Shown: positions 29,031-38,692 of the stretch, piece by piece
Position numbering within the stretch: position 1 is the first letter of the stretch
Layout: each line of letters begins with the position of its first letter
From: Mycobacteriales bacterium
Lineage (GTDB): Bacteria; Actinomycetota; Actinomycetes; Mycobacteriales; SCTD01
Length of the DNA stretch: 64,000 bases
Assembly (NCBI GenBank): GCA_035526225.1
Contig: DATLCV010000001.1
Location: 6,212 to 70,211 of the forward strand
Reading direction: 5' to 3'
Notes under the pieces: model-generated
The model's input: only the letters and a program-made list of their open reading frames with translations
Told to the model about the DNA's origin: nothing
The model's database searches: none
Translations under genes and position numbers: made by a program

Positions 29031-29924
29031 ATGACCGCAACCACCCGCTCGGGCCGTCACCTCGGACTGCTCGGCCTCGCCGTAGCCCTCGGCGTGGCCG
29101 GGTGCGGTGGCGGCTCCGACGACCTGTCCACGGATGGCACGCCCAGCGCGACCACCTCGCCGACGGCGACAGCGACCGTCTCCACCCCGACGACGCTCAA
29201 GGGCGTCCCGGTGTACTGGGTCGCGGAGTCGCGCGGGTCGTTCGCGCTCTACCGGGAGCTCCGGGACGTGCCGGACACCGGCGGCCCTGTCGCCTCGGCG
29301 GTCGCTGCCATGACGCGGATGCGGCCGCTCGACCCGGACTACACGACACCGTGGCGGCCGGCGTCACGGGTGACCGCTGCGCAGAGCGGTGAGGCGATCA
29401 CGGTCGACCTGTCCGCGGACGCGCTCAGCAGCACGCAGGTGGGCAGCGAGCTCGCCGAACGAGCGGTGCAGCAGCTGGTCTACACAGCCACGGCAGCCGC
29501 CGCGAAAGCAGGCACCCCCGCCACCACGGTGACCATCACCGTCGACGGAGGGCCACGGGACGCCTGGGGCGCCGTGCGCCTCGGTGAGCCCACCCGCCGA
29601 GCCGCGCTGTCCGCCGTACAGGCGCAGGCGTGGGTGACGAGCCCGCAGGAGGGTCAGGTCGTGCCCGCGGGCACCGTGACGTTCACGGGGTTCGGGACGT
29701 CGCCCGAGGCGACGTTCGGCTGGAAGGTCGTGTCGAGCACGGGCGCCACCGTGGCGCACGGCTCCGTCATGGGCGGCACCGGTGACGGCGGGTACGGCGA
29801 GGTCACCTTCCGTGCGACGCTCGCCGCCGGCGCCTACACCGTGGAGCTGTCGACCGACGACCCGTCGGGCGGGGCCGAGGGCAACGGCCCCGCCACGGAC
29901 GACAAGTCCTTCGCCGTCCGCTGA
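29031..29924 (+). CDS. Lipoprotein with GerMN-like and Gmad2/Ig-like domains
   Basis: Lipobox LGVAGC and a Ser/Thr linker. VYWV...LYRE resembles the GerMN type. The C-terminal beta-rich segment is WVTSPQEGQVV...TFTGFG. The domain call is tentative. Confidence 0.65.
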   Translation: MTATTRSGRHLGLLGLAVALGVAGCGGGSDDLSTDGTPSATTSPTATATVSTPTTLKGVPVYWVAESRGSFALYRELRDVPDTGGPVASAVAAMTRMRPLDPDYTTPWRPASRVTAAQSGEAITVDLSADALSSTQVGSELAERAVQQLVYTATAAAAKAGTPATTVTITVDGGPRDAWGAVRLGEPTRRAALSAVQAQAWVTSPQEGQVVPAGTVTFTGFGTSPEATFGWKVVSSTGATVAHGSVMGGTGDGGYGEVTFRATLAAGAYTVELSTDDPSGGAEGNGPATDDKSFAVR

Positions 29925-29929
29925 CCGCC

Positions 29930-30190
29930 CTACTCAGGGATGCAGGCCTGCAGGTCACCACTGTGCTCCTGCGCCAGGGGCGACAGCAGGGCGCCGACGG
30001 TGGTGTCGAGCTGGTCGGCGACCGGCCGCACCAGCACCTCCAGGATGAAGGCGTAGTTCGGGTTGGCGTACGACGCCAGGAAGCCCTGGCAGCTGGCCGG
30101 ACCGGGCGCCGGCCGGGCCTCGGCCGGTGAGGCGCCGAGCGCGAGGGTGGTGCCGGCGGTGAGAGCGAGTGCTGCGAGCGTGCGCTTCAT
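29930..30190 (-). CDS. Small secreted hypothetical protein
   Basis: Signal peptide MKRTLAALALTAGTTLALGASPAEA. The mature part is ~60 aa with two Cys. Confidence 0.55.
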   Translation of the reverse strand: MKRTLAALALTAGTTLALGASPAEARPAPGPASCQGFLASYANPNYAFILEVLVRPVADQLDTTVGALLSPLAQEHSGDLQACIPE

Positions 30191-30281
30191 GATGGGTTCC
30201 TCTCGGGTTGGTGGTGCGAGCGCAACGTAGGTCGCGCGCCACCCGGCGCGGATGAGGGAAAACCCTGGACTTGCCGGGCTC

Positions 30282-31712
30282 TCACGAGGGGCGGCGGCGG
30301 CCCGCCAGAGCGGCGAGCAGCTGGCCGCGAGACCGGACGCCGAGCTTGTCGTAGACCGAGGTGAGGTGCCCCTCGACCGTCTTCACGCTCAGGAACAGCT
30401 GGCCCGCGATCTCCCGGTTGCTCAGGCCCGATCCGACCAGCTCGACGACGGCGGCCTCTTGCTGCGTGAGGCTCGCCGGACCCGCTGAGGGCGTCGCGAC
30501 CGCGGCGCTCCGGTCCCCGGCAGCGCGCAGCTCTGCAACCGCTCGGTCGGCCCAGGACATCGCTCCCGTGCTCTCGAAGCGCTGAAGGGCTGCGCGCAGC
30601 GCTTGGCGCGCCGCCTCCCGCTGCTTGCGCCGCCGGAGCAGCTCTCCCTCTGCGAGGTAGGTGCGCCCCTGCTCGAACAAGTTCGTCCACTGCGCGTGCC
30701 ACCGGTGTGCTTCCGCGAAGGCCTCCAGGTCGTCGTGGGCCACGCCCTTCGCGCGTAGGGCAGGTGCAGCGATGCGCGGCTGCCCGGTGGCGACGGCGGC
30801 GTCGACGAACTCGGCGGCGAGCGCGGCGGCCTGCGCCTTGCGGCCCGTGCGGGCGTACGCCTCGACGAGCGACGGCACGAAGGGCCGGGCACCGCAGGCC
30901 TGCGCGAGCGGTGACAGGGCGACCTCGGACAGCTTGGTCTCGAAGGCCTCGGCTGCCACGTCGAGCTGCCCCAGCCCCAGGGCGAGCATGCCCGCCGCGA
31001 ACCCGCCCGGAGCGGTCATCGGCAGCTCCGCGCCGACCTCCTTGGCCGTCGCGAGCACACCGCGGCAGCGCTCGACGTCCCCGAGCAGGGCCGTCACCCA
31101 CGCGAGGATGCCGAGCGCGTCGAGGAAGGGCAGGCCCTTGTCGACACTGGTCGCAGCGACGGCCTGCTCGGCGCACAGCAGTGCCTCACGCAGCCGTCCG
31201 CTGTGGATCTCGGCCATGCAGGCGAGGTCGAGGGCGTCGAGCAGGTCCACCCGGCTCCCCGACGCCCGCGCGTGCACGACTGCCTCGTAGGCCGCCTCCC
31301 GCGCGGGCTTCAGCGCGCCGGTGCGGAGCAGCGCGTCAGCCCGTTCGCAGAGGACAGATGCGTCCAGGGGTGCCTCGACGCGCCCCGCGGACTGCCACGC
31401 GGCCCGGGCCTCGTCGTACCGGCCGGCCCACAGCAGGGCGTCCCCGAGGCGCGTGACCGCCCGCACCTCCACTGCCCCGCCGGTGCCCCGAGCCAGCTCC
31501 ACGGCGTCGCGCGCGATCTCCAGGGAGCGCTGCGGGCCGTAGACGAGCAGGGCGAGCGAGACGCACTCGACCAGCAGCGTCGCGGCACCGGCGGGTGACG
31601 GGTGCTCGCGGGCGGCGGTGACGAGGTAGGCCACGGCCTCGGCCTTGTGCGCCGCCGCCGCGAGCGCCCGGCCGTGCGCGAGCTGCTCCTCGACCGACAG
31701 CGCCCCCCTCAC
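30282..31712 (-). CDS. LuxR-family regulator with TPR-like helical region and no N-terminal ATPase
   Basis: C-terminal HTH LTQQEAAVVELVGSGLSNREIAGQLFLSVKTVEGHLTSVYDKLGV. The upstream part is Ala/Leu-rich helical repeats. Begins 32 nt downstream of cobN. Confidence 0.8.
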   Translation of the reverse strand: MRGALSVEEQLAHGRALAAAAHKAEAVAYLVTAAREHPSPAGAATLLVECVSLALLVYGPQRSLEIARDAVELARGTGGAVEVRAVTRLGDALLWAGRYDEARAAWQSAGRVEAPLDASVLCERADALLRTGALKPAREAAYEAVVHARASGSRVDLLDALDLACMAEIHSGRLREALLCAEQAVAATSVDKGLPFLDALGILAWVTALLGDVERCRGVLATAKEVGAELPMTAPGGFAAGMLALGLGQLDVAAEAFETKLSEVALSPLAQACGARPFVPSLVEAYARTGRKAQAAALAAEFVDAAVATGQPRIAAPALRAKGVAHDDLEAFAEAHRWHAQWTNLFEQGRTYLAEGELLRRRKQREAARQALRAALQRFESTGAMSWADRAVAELRAAGDRSAAVATPSAGPASLTQQEAAVVELVGSGLSNREIAGQLFLSVKTVEGHLTSVYDKLGVRSRGQLLAALAGRRRPS

Positions 31713-31744
31713 CTGCCAAGGATCACACGGGCCGGGCCGTGTTC

Positions 31745-34700
31745 CTACCCCTCGAGGTCGCCCTCGAGCTCGAGGTAGGTCGCCCGCAGACCGTGCAGGG
31801 TGGCGTCCTCAGGTGCCGCCCACAGGCCGCGGTCGGCCGCCTCGAGCAGCCGCTCCGCGACACCGCGCAGCGCCCACGGGTTGCTCTTGGTCATGAAGGC
31901 GCGGTTCGTCTCGTCGAACACGTACGACGAGGCCAGCTTCTCGTACATCCAGTCGTCGACGACGCCGGCCGTCGCGTCGTACCCGAACAGGTAGTCGACC
32001 GTCGCGGCCATCTCGAACGCGCCCTTGTACCCGTGCCGCTGCATCGCCGCGATCCACCGTGGGTTGACGACCCGGGCGCGGAACACCCGGTGCGTCTCCT
32101 CCTGCAGGGTGCGGGTCCTGACGGCGTCCGGGATCGCGCTGTCCCCGACGTAGGCCGCTGGGCTCTCACCGGTGAGCGCACGGATCGCCGCGACCATGCC
32201 GCCGTGGTACTGGAAGTAGTCGTCGGAGTCGACGATGTCGTGCTCGCGGGTGTCCTGGTTCTTCGCAGCGACCCGGACCCGCGTGTACACGCGCTCCATG
32301 TCCTTGCGGGCCGGGGCGCCTTCCAGTCCGGTGCCGTAGGCGTAACCGCCCCACACGGCATACACCTCGGCGAGGTCGGCGTCGGTCTTCCAGTCGCGCG
32401 AGTCGATGAGCGGCAGCAGTCCCGCGCCGTACGCGCCTGGCTTGGAGCCGAAGACGCGCGCCGTCGCCCGCCGCTCGTCGACGCCGTCGGCGAGGTCGGC
32501 GGCCACGTGCCGGTGCACGAAGTTGTCCGGCTCGTCGAGCCCCGCGACGAGCAGCACGGCGTCGTCGAGCAGCGTCACCACGTGCGGGAACGCGTCACGG
32601 AAGAACCCGCTGATCCGCAGCGTCACGTCCACGCGCGGCCGCCCCAGCTCCGAGGCGGGTACGACGGACAGCCCCGTGACGCGCCGGCTGGCCTGGTCCC
32701 AGACAGGCTGGACCCCCAGCAGCCACAGCGCTTCGGCGATGTCGTCGCCGGCGGTGCGCATCGCCGAGGTGCCCCACACCACGAGGCCGACAGAGGCCGG
32801 GTACTCCCCGTGGTCGGCGAGGTAGCGCGACAGGAGCGAGTCGGCCAACGCCTTGCCGGTGTCCCAGGCGTTCTTCGACGGGATAGCCTTGGGGTCCACG
32901 GAGTAGAAGTTCCGACCGGTCGGCAGCACGCCCACCAGGCCACGGGTCGGCGAGCCCGAGGGCCCGGCAGGGACGAAGCCGCCGGACAAGCCGTGCAGCA
33001 GGTTGTCGATCTCGTCCGTGGTGCGTCGCAGCCTCGGCACGACCTCGGCGCACGCGAACTCCAGCGATGCCACCGCACCCGGCACGTCACGGTCGAGCAG
33101 CTCGGCGCACACCTCGACCGCTCCGGTCCAGCCGCGGTGCGCCACCGCCTCGACGAGCGACCGCGCCATCGCCTCGAGGGCATCGGCGTCCGTCCGCTCG
33201 TCCTCCACGAGGCCGTACGCCTCGCCGAGGACCCGGCGCAGCCCGGGTACCGCGCCGGTGGTGCCGCCCCACGTCTGCTGCGCCCGCAGCACGCCGAGCA
33301 CCAGGTTGACGAGCGCCTCGTCGAGCGGCGGCTGCCCGAGCACGTGCAGCCCGTCACGGATGAGGACGTCCTTGACCTCGCACAGGTAGCCGTCGACGTG
33401 CAGCACGAAGTCGTCGAACGCCTCCTGGTCCGGCTGGTCCGCGACGTGCAGGTCGTGGTGGAGCTGGGCCGCCGTCACGACCTCCCAGATCTGCGCCTGC
33501 AGCACCGGCACCTTGGCCGGGTCGAGGGCCACCACGGTCGCGTACTCGTCGAGCAGGTGCTCCAACCGGGCCATCTCGTCGTACGTCTCGGCGCGGGCCA
33601 TCGGCGGTACGAGGTGGTCGACGACGGTGGCGTGCCCCCGGCGCTTGGCCTGCGTGCCCTCGCCGGGGTCGTTCACGATGAAGGGGTAGAACAGCGGCAG
33701 GTCGGTGAGCACCGCGTCGGAGGCACAGCTCGCGGACAGCCCGAGCCCCTTGCCGGGCAGCCACTCCAGGGTGCCGTGCTTGCCGAGGTGCACGACGGCG
33801 TGGGCGCCGAAGTCCTGCGCGAGCCACCTGTAGGCCGCGAGGTAGTGGTGCGAGGGCGGCAGGTCCGGGTCGTGGTAGATCGCGATCGGGTTCTCCCCGA
33901 AGCCCCGCGGCGGCTGGATCGCGAGCACCACGTTGCCGTACTGCAGGGCCGCCAGCACGATGTCGGTGCCATCCACGTACAGGCCGCCGGGCGGCGGGCC
34001 CCAGTGCTCGACCATCCGCTCCCGCAGCCCGGTCGGCAGCTGCGCGAACCACCGCTCGTAGTCCGCCAAGGGCACCCGCGCGACAGCGGCCGAGAGCTGC
34101 TCCTCGGTGAGCCACTCCACGTCGTGACCGCCCGCGGCGATGAGGGTGTGGACCAGCTCGTCGCCGTCCTCGGGAAACCGCCCCACGTCGTACCCCGCCT
34201 CGCGCATCGCCCTCAGCAGCAGCACCGCGGAAGCGGGCGTGTCGAGCCCGACCGCGTTGCCGACCCGGGAGTGCTTGGTGGGGTAGGAGCTCAGGACCAG
34301 GGCGATCTTCTTGGCGGCGTTGGGCACGTGGCGCAGCCGCGCGTGGCTGACCGCCACGCCCGCGACCCGGTCTGCCCGCTCGGCGTCCGCGACGTACACC
34401 GGCACGCCGTCAGGACCGTTCTCCTTGAAGGAGAAGGGAACGGTGATGAGCCGGCCGTCGAACTCGGGGATGGCGACCTGCATCGCCGCGTCGATCGGAG
34501 CGAGGCCGGCGTCGCTCGCCTCCCACTCCGCGCGGCTGCTCGTCACGCACAGCCCCTGCAGGACGGGCACGTCGAGCGCCTGGAGCGCACGGGCATCCCA
34601 GGCCTCGGCGTCGGCAGCGTTGGAACCGCCGCCGGCGAGCACCGTGACCACGAGCGCGTCGACGCACCCGGCAAGCAGCTCCTCCACCGCGGCGATGCGG

Positions 34701-35278
34701 CCCTCGGCATCCGGCCGCAGCGACGCGACGTAGACCGGCAGCGCGTTGGCGCCCTGCCCCTCGAGGGCGTCGCAGAGGACCTCGACGAAGGCGGTGTTCC
34801 CGGACAGCTCGTGGGCCCGGTAGTAGACGACGCCGACCGTCGGCCGCGCCGGGTCGAGCGCACGCGCCCCGTGCACGCCGTACGACGGGACCTGGGCCGG
34901 GGGCGCGAAGCCGTGCCCGGTCATCAGCACCGTGTCCGACAGGAAGGCAACGAGCTCGCGCAGGTTGTCCACCCCACCCTCGCGGAAGTAGCCCGCCGCG
35001 TCCGCCACCACCCCCGGCGGCACCGTGGACAGCGCGGTCAGCTCGGCGTCGAGCCCCTCGCCGCCGAGCAGCACCACCGGCACTGAGGTCGCTGCCAGGA
35101 AGTCGTCGAGGCCCTCCCAGGCACGGCGACCGCCGAGCAGACGCACCACCACGAGCGAGGCACCCGCGGCGTCGACGGTGTCCCGCACCGGGTTGGCGAC
35201 CCGCACCGGCAGCGCGGGGTCGGGGACCGCACGGGCGGCGAGCAGGTCGGTGTCGGCGGTGGAGAGCAGCAGCAGCAC
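31745..35278 (-). CDS. cobN: Cobaltochelatase large subunit
   Basis: 1177 aa of CobN/Mg-chelatase H family. N-terminal LLLSTADTDL and conserved HLGKHGTLEWLPGKG. Confidence 0.95.
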   Translation of the reverse strand: MLLLLSTADTDLLAARAVPDPALPVRVANPVRDTVDAAGASLVVVRLLGGRRAWEGLDDFLAATSVPVVLLGGEGLDAELTALSTVPPGVVADAAGYFREGGVDNLRELVAFLSDTVLMTGHGFAPPAQVPSYGVHGARALDPARPTVGVVYYRAHELSGNTAFVEVLCDALEGQGANALPVYVASLRPDAEGRIAAVEELLAGCVDALVVTVLAGGGSNAADAEAWDARALQALDVPVLQGLCVTSSRAEWEASDAGLAPIDAAMQVAIPEFDGRLITVPFSFKENGPDGVPVYVADAERADRVAGVAVSHARLRHVPNAAKKIALVLSSYPTKHSRVGNAVGLDTPASAVLLLRAMREAGYDVGRFPEDGDELVHTLIAAGGHDVEWLTEEQLSAAVARVPLADYERWFAQLPTGLRERMVEHWGPPPGGLYVDGTDIVLAALQYGNVVLAIQPPRGFGENPIAIYHDPDLPPSHHYLAAYRWLAQDFGAHAVVHLGKHGTLEWLPGKGLGLSASCASDAVLTDLPLFYPFIVNDPGEGTQAKRRGHATVVDHLVPPMARAETYDEMARLEHLLDEYATVVALDPAKVPVLQAQIWEVVTAAQLHHDLHVADQPDQEAFDDFVLHVDGYLCEVKDVLIRDGLHVLGQPPLDEALVNLVLGVLRAQQTWGGTTGAVPGLRRVLGEAYGLVEDERTDADALEAMARSLVEAVAHRGWTGAVEVCAELLDRDVPGAVASLEFACAEVVPRLRRTTDEIDNLLHGLSGGFVPAGPSGSPTRGLVGVLPTGRNFYSVDPKAIPSKNAWDTGKALADSLLSRYLADHGEYPASVGLVVWGTSAMRTAGDDIAEALWLLGVQPVWDQASRRVTGLSVVPASELGRPRVDVTLRISGFFRDAFPHVVTLLDDAVLLVAGLDEPDNFVHRHVAADLADGVDERRATARVFGSKPGAYGAGLLPLIDSRDWKTDADLAEVYAVWGGYAYGTGLEGAPARKDMERVYTRVRVAAKNQDTREHDIVDSDDYFQYHGGMVAAIRALTGESPAAYVGDSAIPDAVRTRTLQEETHRVFRARVVNPRWIAAMQRHGYKGAFEMAATVDYLFGYDATAGVVDDWMYEKLASSYVFDETNRAFMTKSNPWALRGVAERLLEAADRGLWAAPEDATLHGLRATYLELEGDLEG

Positions 35279-35303
35279 CGGGACAGTCTGCCGGGTGCGG
35301 CGC

Positions 35304-35930
35304 TCAGGCCTCCGGGGACGGGTCGACGAGCGCCTTGAGCACGGGCTGGAGCACCCGCTCGATGTCCTCCGGGGAGGCCTGCGCCACGGCGGGGATCTCG
35401 AGCAGGTAGCGGGCGATCGTCGTACCGATCATGACCGCGCCGAGCAGTCCGGCGCGCAGCTCGGCGTCGGGGCCACCGATGGTTGCCGCCACGGTCGCGT
35501 GCCGGTCCTTCATCACCTGGTCGCGCATCACGGTGCGGGCGCTCTCGTTCGTCAGGCAGCTGCGCAGCACGGCAGTGGCCGCGCAGCGCAGCTCGGGGTC
35601 CTCCATGCCGGCCAGCAGGTCGCTCAGCGCCACGGCCGGGAGGTCGGCGAGCGTCGCGGACGCCACGCCCTTTCGGTCGGCGAACCACTGCGCGGACGCC
35701 GCGAACAGCCCGTCCTTGCTCCCGTAGTACTGCATCACCAGGGCTGGGTCGACGCCGGCGCGGCTCGCGACGCCACGGATGGTCGTGCGCTCGAAGCCCA
35801 CCTCCGCGAACAGGGCACGCGCGGCGTCCAGGATCGACGCCTCGGTGCGGCGACGCCGCTCCTCGCGGGTCGGCCGGCCCTCGGGACTGTCGGACCCCGC
35901 AGGCATGCTCGTGGGTGTCACGCACATCAC
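35304..35930 (-). CDS. TetR family transcriptional regulator
   Basis: N-terminal HTH ILDAARALFAEVGFERTTIRGVASRAGVDPALVMQYYGSKDGLF. Alternative ATG start at 35906. Divergent from the MFS gene. Confidence 0.88.
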   Translation of the reverse strand: MMCVTPTSMPAGSDSPEGRPTREERRRRTEASILDAARALFAEVGFERTTIRGVASRAGVDPALVMQYYGSKDGLFAASAQWFADRKGVASATLADLPAVALSDLLAGMEDPELRCAATAVLRSCLTNESARTVMRDQVMKDRHATVAATIGGPDAELRAGLLGAVMIGTTIARYLLEIPAVAQASPEDIERVLQPVLKALVDPSPEA

Positions 35931-35940
35931 TCTACAGGCG

Positions 35941-35970
35941 TTGACCGTTCACTGCGCAAGGGTCTACGTT
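35941..35970 (+). promoter_or_regulatory. Candidate sigma-70-type promoter for the MFS gene, in the TetR/MFS divergent region
   Basis: TTGACC (35941-35946), an 18-nt spacer, then TACGTT (35965-35970), about 50 nt before the ATG at 36022. Pattern match by eye only. Confidence 0.25.
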
Positions 35971-36021
35971 CGTTGAGCGATTGCCCCTCGCACCTCGTCC
36001 CATCACTCCCGAAGGACCTCC

Positions 36022-37581
36022 ATGACCGCGCTCGCCGACGCCCCGGCCGTCTCCCACCTGACCCGCTCCGGGCGTCCGATCCACAAGAACCTGGTGCTCG
36101 TCACCGTCGCCATCGCGCAGCTCATGGTGGTCCTCGACGCGACGATCGTGAACGTCGCCATCCCCGCCATCTCCGACGCGCTCAAGGTGAAGAACGCCGC
36201 TGACCTGTCGTGGGTCGTGACGGGCTACACCCTGACGTTCGGCGGCTTCCTGCTGCTCGGCGGCAAGCTCGCCGACAAGCTGGGCCGGCGCGCCGTCTTC
36301 ATCGCCGGTGCCGCGCTGTTCGCGGTGGCGTCCCTCGTCGGAGGCCTGTCGCAGGACCTCACGACGCTCGTCGCGATGCGCACGATCCAGGGCGTCGGCG
36401 GTGCGCTCATGTCGCCGGCGGCGCTGTCGATCATCACGGTCGTGTTCGAGGAGGGCAAGGAGCGCAACAAGGCGCTCGGCATCTGGGCTGCGATCACGGC
36501 AGGCGGTGCCGCCCTCGGCCTCATCCTCGGCGGCGTCCTCACCGAGTACGCCTCGTGGCGCTGGGTGCTGTTCGTGAACGTGCCGATCGCCGTCATCGCG
36601 ATCGTCGGTGCGCTGCGCTTCGTGCCGGAGAGCCGTGACGAGCGCACCTCCGGCTTCGACATCCCCGGCGCGATCCTCGTGACCGGCGGCCTCATGGCCC
36701 TGGTCTTCGCCCTCGTCAAGGGCAACGAGTACGGCTGGGGCGACATGAGGACGATCCGCATGCTCGCGCTCGCGACGGTGCTGCTCGTCGCGTTCCTCCA
36801 GGTCCAGATCGTCTCCGAGCACCCGCTGGTACCGACCCGGCTGTTCAGGTCACACTCGGTCGCCGGCGCCGACATCGGCGCGCTGTTCCTCGGCGCCGGG
36901 GTCTTCGCGATGTTCTTCTTCCTCATCCTCTGGATGCAGCAGGTCAACGGCTACAGCCCCATCAAGGCCGGGGTGGCGTTCCTCCCGATGACGCTGATGA
37001 TCGGCGCCGCGGCGGGGATCTCCTCGAACCTGCTGGGCAAGATCGGCCCGCGGCCGCTGTTGCTGGTCGGCCCGCTGCTGGCGGCGTTCGGGATGTTCCA
37101 GCTGGGCTTCCGGCTCGAGGTGGACTCCTCCTACACGACGGTCATCCTGCCCGCGCTCGCGTGCGTCGCCCTCGGCATGGGCACCACCTTCGTGGCGCTG
37201 ACCAGCTCGGCGGTGGCAGGGGTCCCGCACGAGGACGCGGGCATGGCCTCCGCGCTCCTCAACGCGGGCCAGCAGGTCGGCGGCGCGCTGGGGCTCGCGA
37301 TCCTCACGGCCGTCAGCGCGACCCGCACCGAGCAGCTGTTCCCCGGCCACCAGGCGGCGCAGGACCAGATCCAGCACGCCCAGCAGAACGGTGAGCCGCT
37401 GAGCGCGGAGCTGAGCAGCGTCTTCGCCAAGCTCACCCACGACACGGTCGCGGGGTGGAGCGCCGGGTTCCTGCTCGCTGCTGCGCTGCTCGCGATGTCC
37501 GCCCTCGTCTTCCAGCTGATGGTGCGGGTCAGCAAGGAGGACGCGGCCGCCGCCCTCAAGGACGCCATGGCCGCCGGCTGA
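36022..37581 (+). CDS. MFS drug:H+ antiporter, 14-TMS DHA2 (EmrB/QacA) type
   Basis: 519 aa with about 14 helices. Motif A GKLADKLGRR and LDATIVNVAIP. Confidence 0.9.
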   Translation: MTALADAPAVSHLTRSGRPIHKNLVLVTVAIAQLMVVLDATIVNVAIPAISDALKVKNAADLSWVVTGYTLTFGGFLLLGGKLADKLGRRAVFIAGAALFAVASLVGGLSQDLTTLVAMRTIQGVGGALMSPAALSIITVVFEEGKERNKALGIWAAITAGGAALGLILGGVLTEYASWRWVLFVNVPIAVIAIVGALRFVPESRDERTSGFDIPGAILVTGGLMALVFALVKGNEYGWGDMRTIRMLALATVLLVAFLQVQIVSEHPLVPTRLFRSHSVAGADIGALFLGAGVFAMFFFLILWMQQVNGYSPIKAGVAFLPMTLMIGAAAGISSNLLGKIGPRPLLLVGPLLAAFGMFQLGFRLEVDSSYTTVILPALACVALGMGTTFVALTSSAVAGVPHEDAGMASALLNAGQQVGGALGLAILTAVSATRTEQLFPGHQAAQDQIQHAQQNGEPLSAELSSVFAKLTHDTVAGWSAGFLLAAALLAMSALVFQLMVRVSKEDAAAALKDAMAAG

Positions 37582-37597
37582 GCGACCCGCCCCCCCC

Positions 37598-37651
37598 GTG
37601 ATCATGGGGGAGCTGGACACCCCAGGGGGTGTTCGGCTCCCCCACGATCAT
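37598..37651. repeat. 54-bp palindromic repeat, copy A
   Basis: GTGATCATGGGGGAGCTGGACACCCCAGGGGGTGTTCGGCTCCCCCACGATCAT forms an imperfect ~26-bp-arm hairpin. It is 50/54 identical to copy B. It lies between the MFS stop and the DUF559 stop. Confidence 0.9.
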
Positions 37652-38595
37652 CAGGCAGCACGGCGCAGCAGCCGGGCCGCCACCGCCTCGATCTCGGCGA
37701 CGACCCCCCTGGCGTCACGGAGCACCCTCGACGCCGGGTACCTCAGCACGGTCCACCCAGCTGCCTCGAGCCTGGTGTGCCGCTCGACGTCTGCCACCCA
37801 CCGCTCTGCCGACAGGTGCCAGCGCGCGCCGTCGGTCTCGACGAGCAACCGGAGCTCCTCGATCACCACGTCACCACGCGCCAACCAGGTGCCGTCGTCG
37901 TAGACGTCCGCGTTGAGCCGGTACGCCGGTAACGACGCCCCGCGGAGGGCGCGGGCGAGCCCAGCCTCAGGCGCCGAGCGCGCTCCCTCGGCCACCTCGT
38001 CCAGCGCGCGTCGCACATGCCCACTCCCGCGCTGTGGGGCAGCGCCCAGCTCCGCCACCAGCTTCTCGACCGTCGTCCGCCGTCGCTGCACGGCGTTGCT
38101 GACCGTCGCCCGCACGTCATCGAGCGAGGTGAGCCCTAGGCAGGCGTCGATGACGCAACGCTCTACGGGCAGCGTCGGCAGCAATCGCCGGCTGCTCAGG
38201 GAGCGGGTGGTTCGGTGCAGCACGAGACGCCCGCCACCTGCCAGGAACTCCACTGCCGCCAGCTGCCGGGAGTGGGGCAGGGCCACGTGCACTTCCCGGC
38301 CTGGCTCCGCCAGACCCCACGCGGCCAGCCCGGACCACGAGGTGAGCGCGGCTCGCTCGCCGGCCAGCAGCACTCCCGCCCACGCCTTCTGCTCCCAGGT
38401 GGGGGAACCCGTGGCCGCGAGGTACACCGCCGGGAGCAGGCGCTGCCACGAGCGGGCGAGCCGGTGCTCGATCGCGGCCCGGTGCCATCCGTGGTCCAGT
38501 GCCTGGGCGCGGGTCACCACGCCCTCCTGCTCGGCCAGGAGCTGCTGCCAGAGCGCATCGTCGATCACCATTCCCCGAGGAGAGCCCCTGGCCAC
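37651..38595 (-). CDS. DUF559/Vsr-like endonuclease-domain protein with an N-terminal AbiEi-like wHTH
   Basis: The C-terminus LLVETDGARWH...RLEAAGWTVLRY is typical of DUF559 (restriction-endonuclease-like). The N-terminus GVVTRAQAL resembles AbiEi_4. The start is uncertain (GTG 38595 or ATG 38571). Confidence 0.75.
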   Translation of the reverse strand: MARGSPRGMVIDDALWQQLLAEQEGVVTRAQALDHGWHRAAIEHRLARSWQRLLPAVYLAATGSPTWEQKAWAGVLLAGERAALTSWSGLAAWGLAEPGREVHVALPHSRQLAAVEFLAGGGRLVLHRTTRSLSSRRLLPTLPVERCVIDACLGLTSLDDVRATVSNAVQRRRTTVEKLVAELGAAPQRGSGHVRRALDEVAEGARSAPEAGLARALRGASLPAYRLNADVYDDGTWLARGDVVIEELRLLVETDGARWHLSAERWVADVERHTRLEAAGWTVLRYPASRVLRDARGVVAEIEAVAARLLRRAA

Positions 38596-38638
38596 GGATC
38601 ACGCCGCGGGCATCGGGCGACCTGTGGGTCGGCTGCTC

Positions 38639-38692
38639 GTGATCATGGGGGAGCCGGACACCCCAGGGGGTGTTCGGCTCCACCATGATCAC
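38639..38692. repeat. 54-bp palindromic repeat, copy B
   Basis: GTGATCATGGGGGAGCCGGACACCCCAGGGGGTGTTCGGCTCCACCATGATCAC. Same orientation as copy A. Its right end contains the cobQ stop codon. Confidence 0.9.

Noticed and set aside
30282-31712. The LuxR gene considered as a decayed fragment (pseudogene) of a LAL regulator like the one at 60944-63679
   Set aside because: It is an intact 476-aa frame with its own start, no internal stops or frameshifts, and a complete HTH. ATPase-less TPR-LuxR proteins exist as a class.
31739-35086. 1115-aa ORF on the plus strand, opposite cobN
   Set aside because: This is a shadow ORF typical of high-GC DNA. Its translation is Arg/Gly/Val/Asp-rich with no motifs, while the minus strand encodes an unmistakable CobN.
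37651-38595. The DUF559 gene considered as a transposase or IS element
   Set aside because: No DDE, serine or tyrosine recombinase motifs are present. DUF559 is a Vsr/restriction-endonuclease-like fold. Mobility of the cassette is only a hypothesis and is reported as a finding, not annotated as a mobile element.
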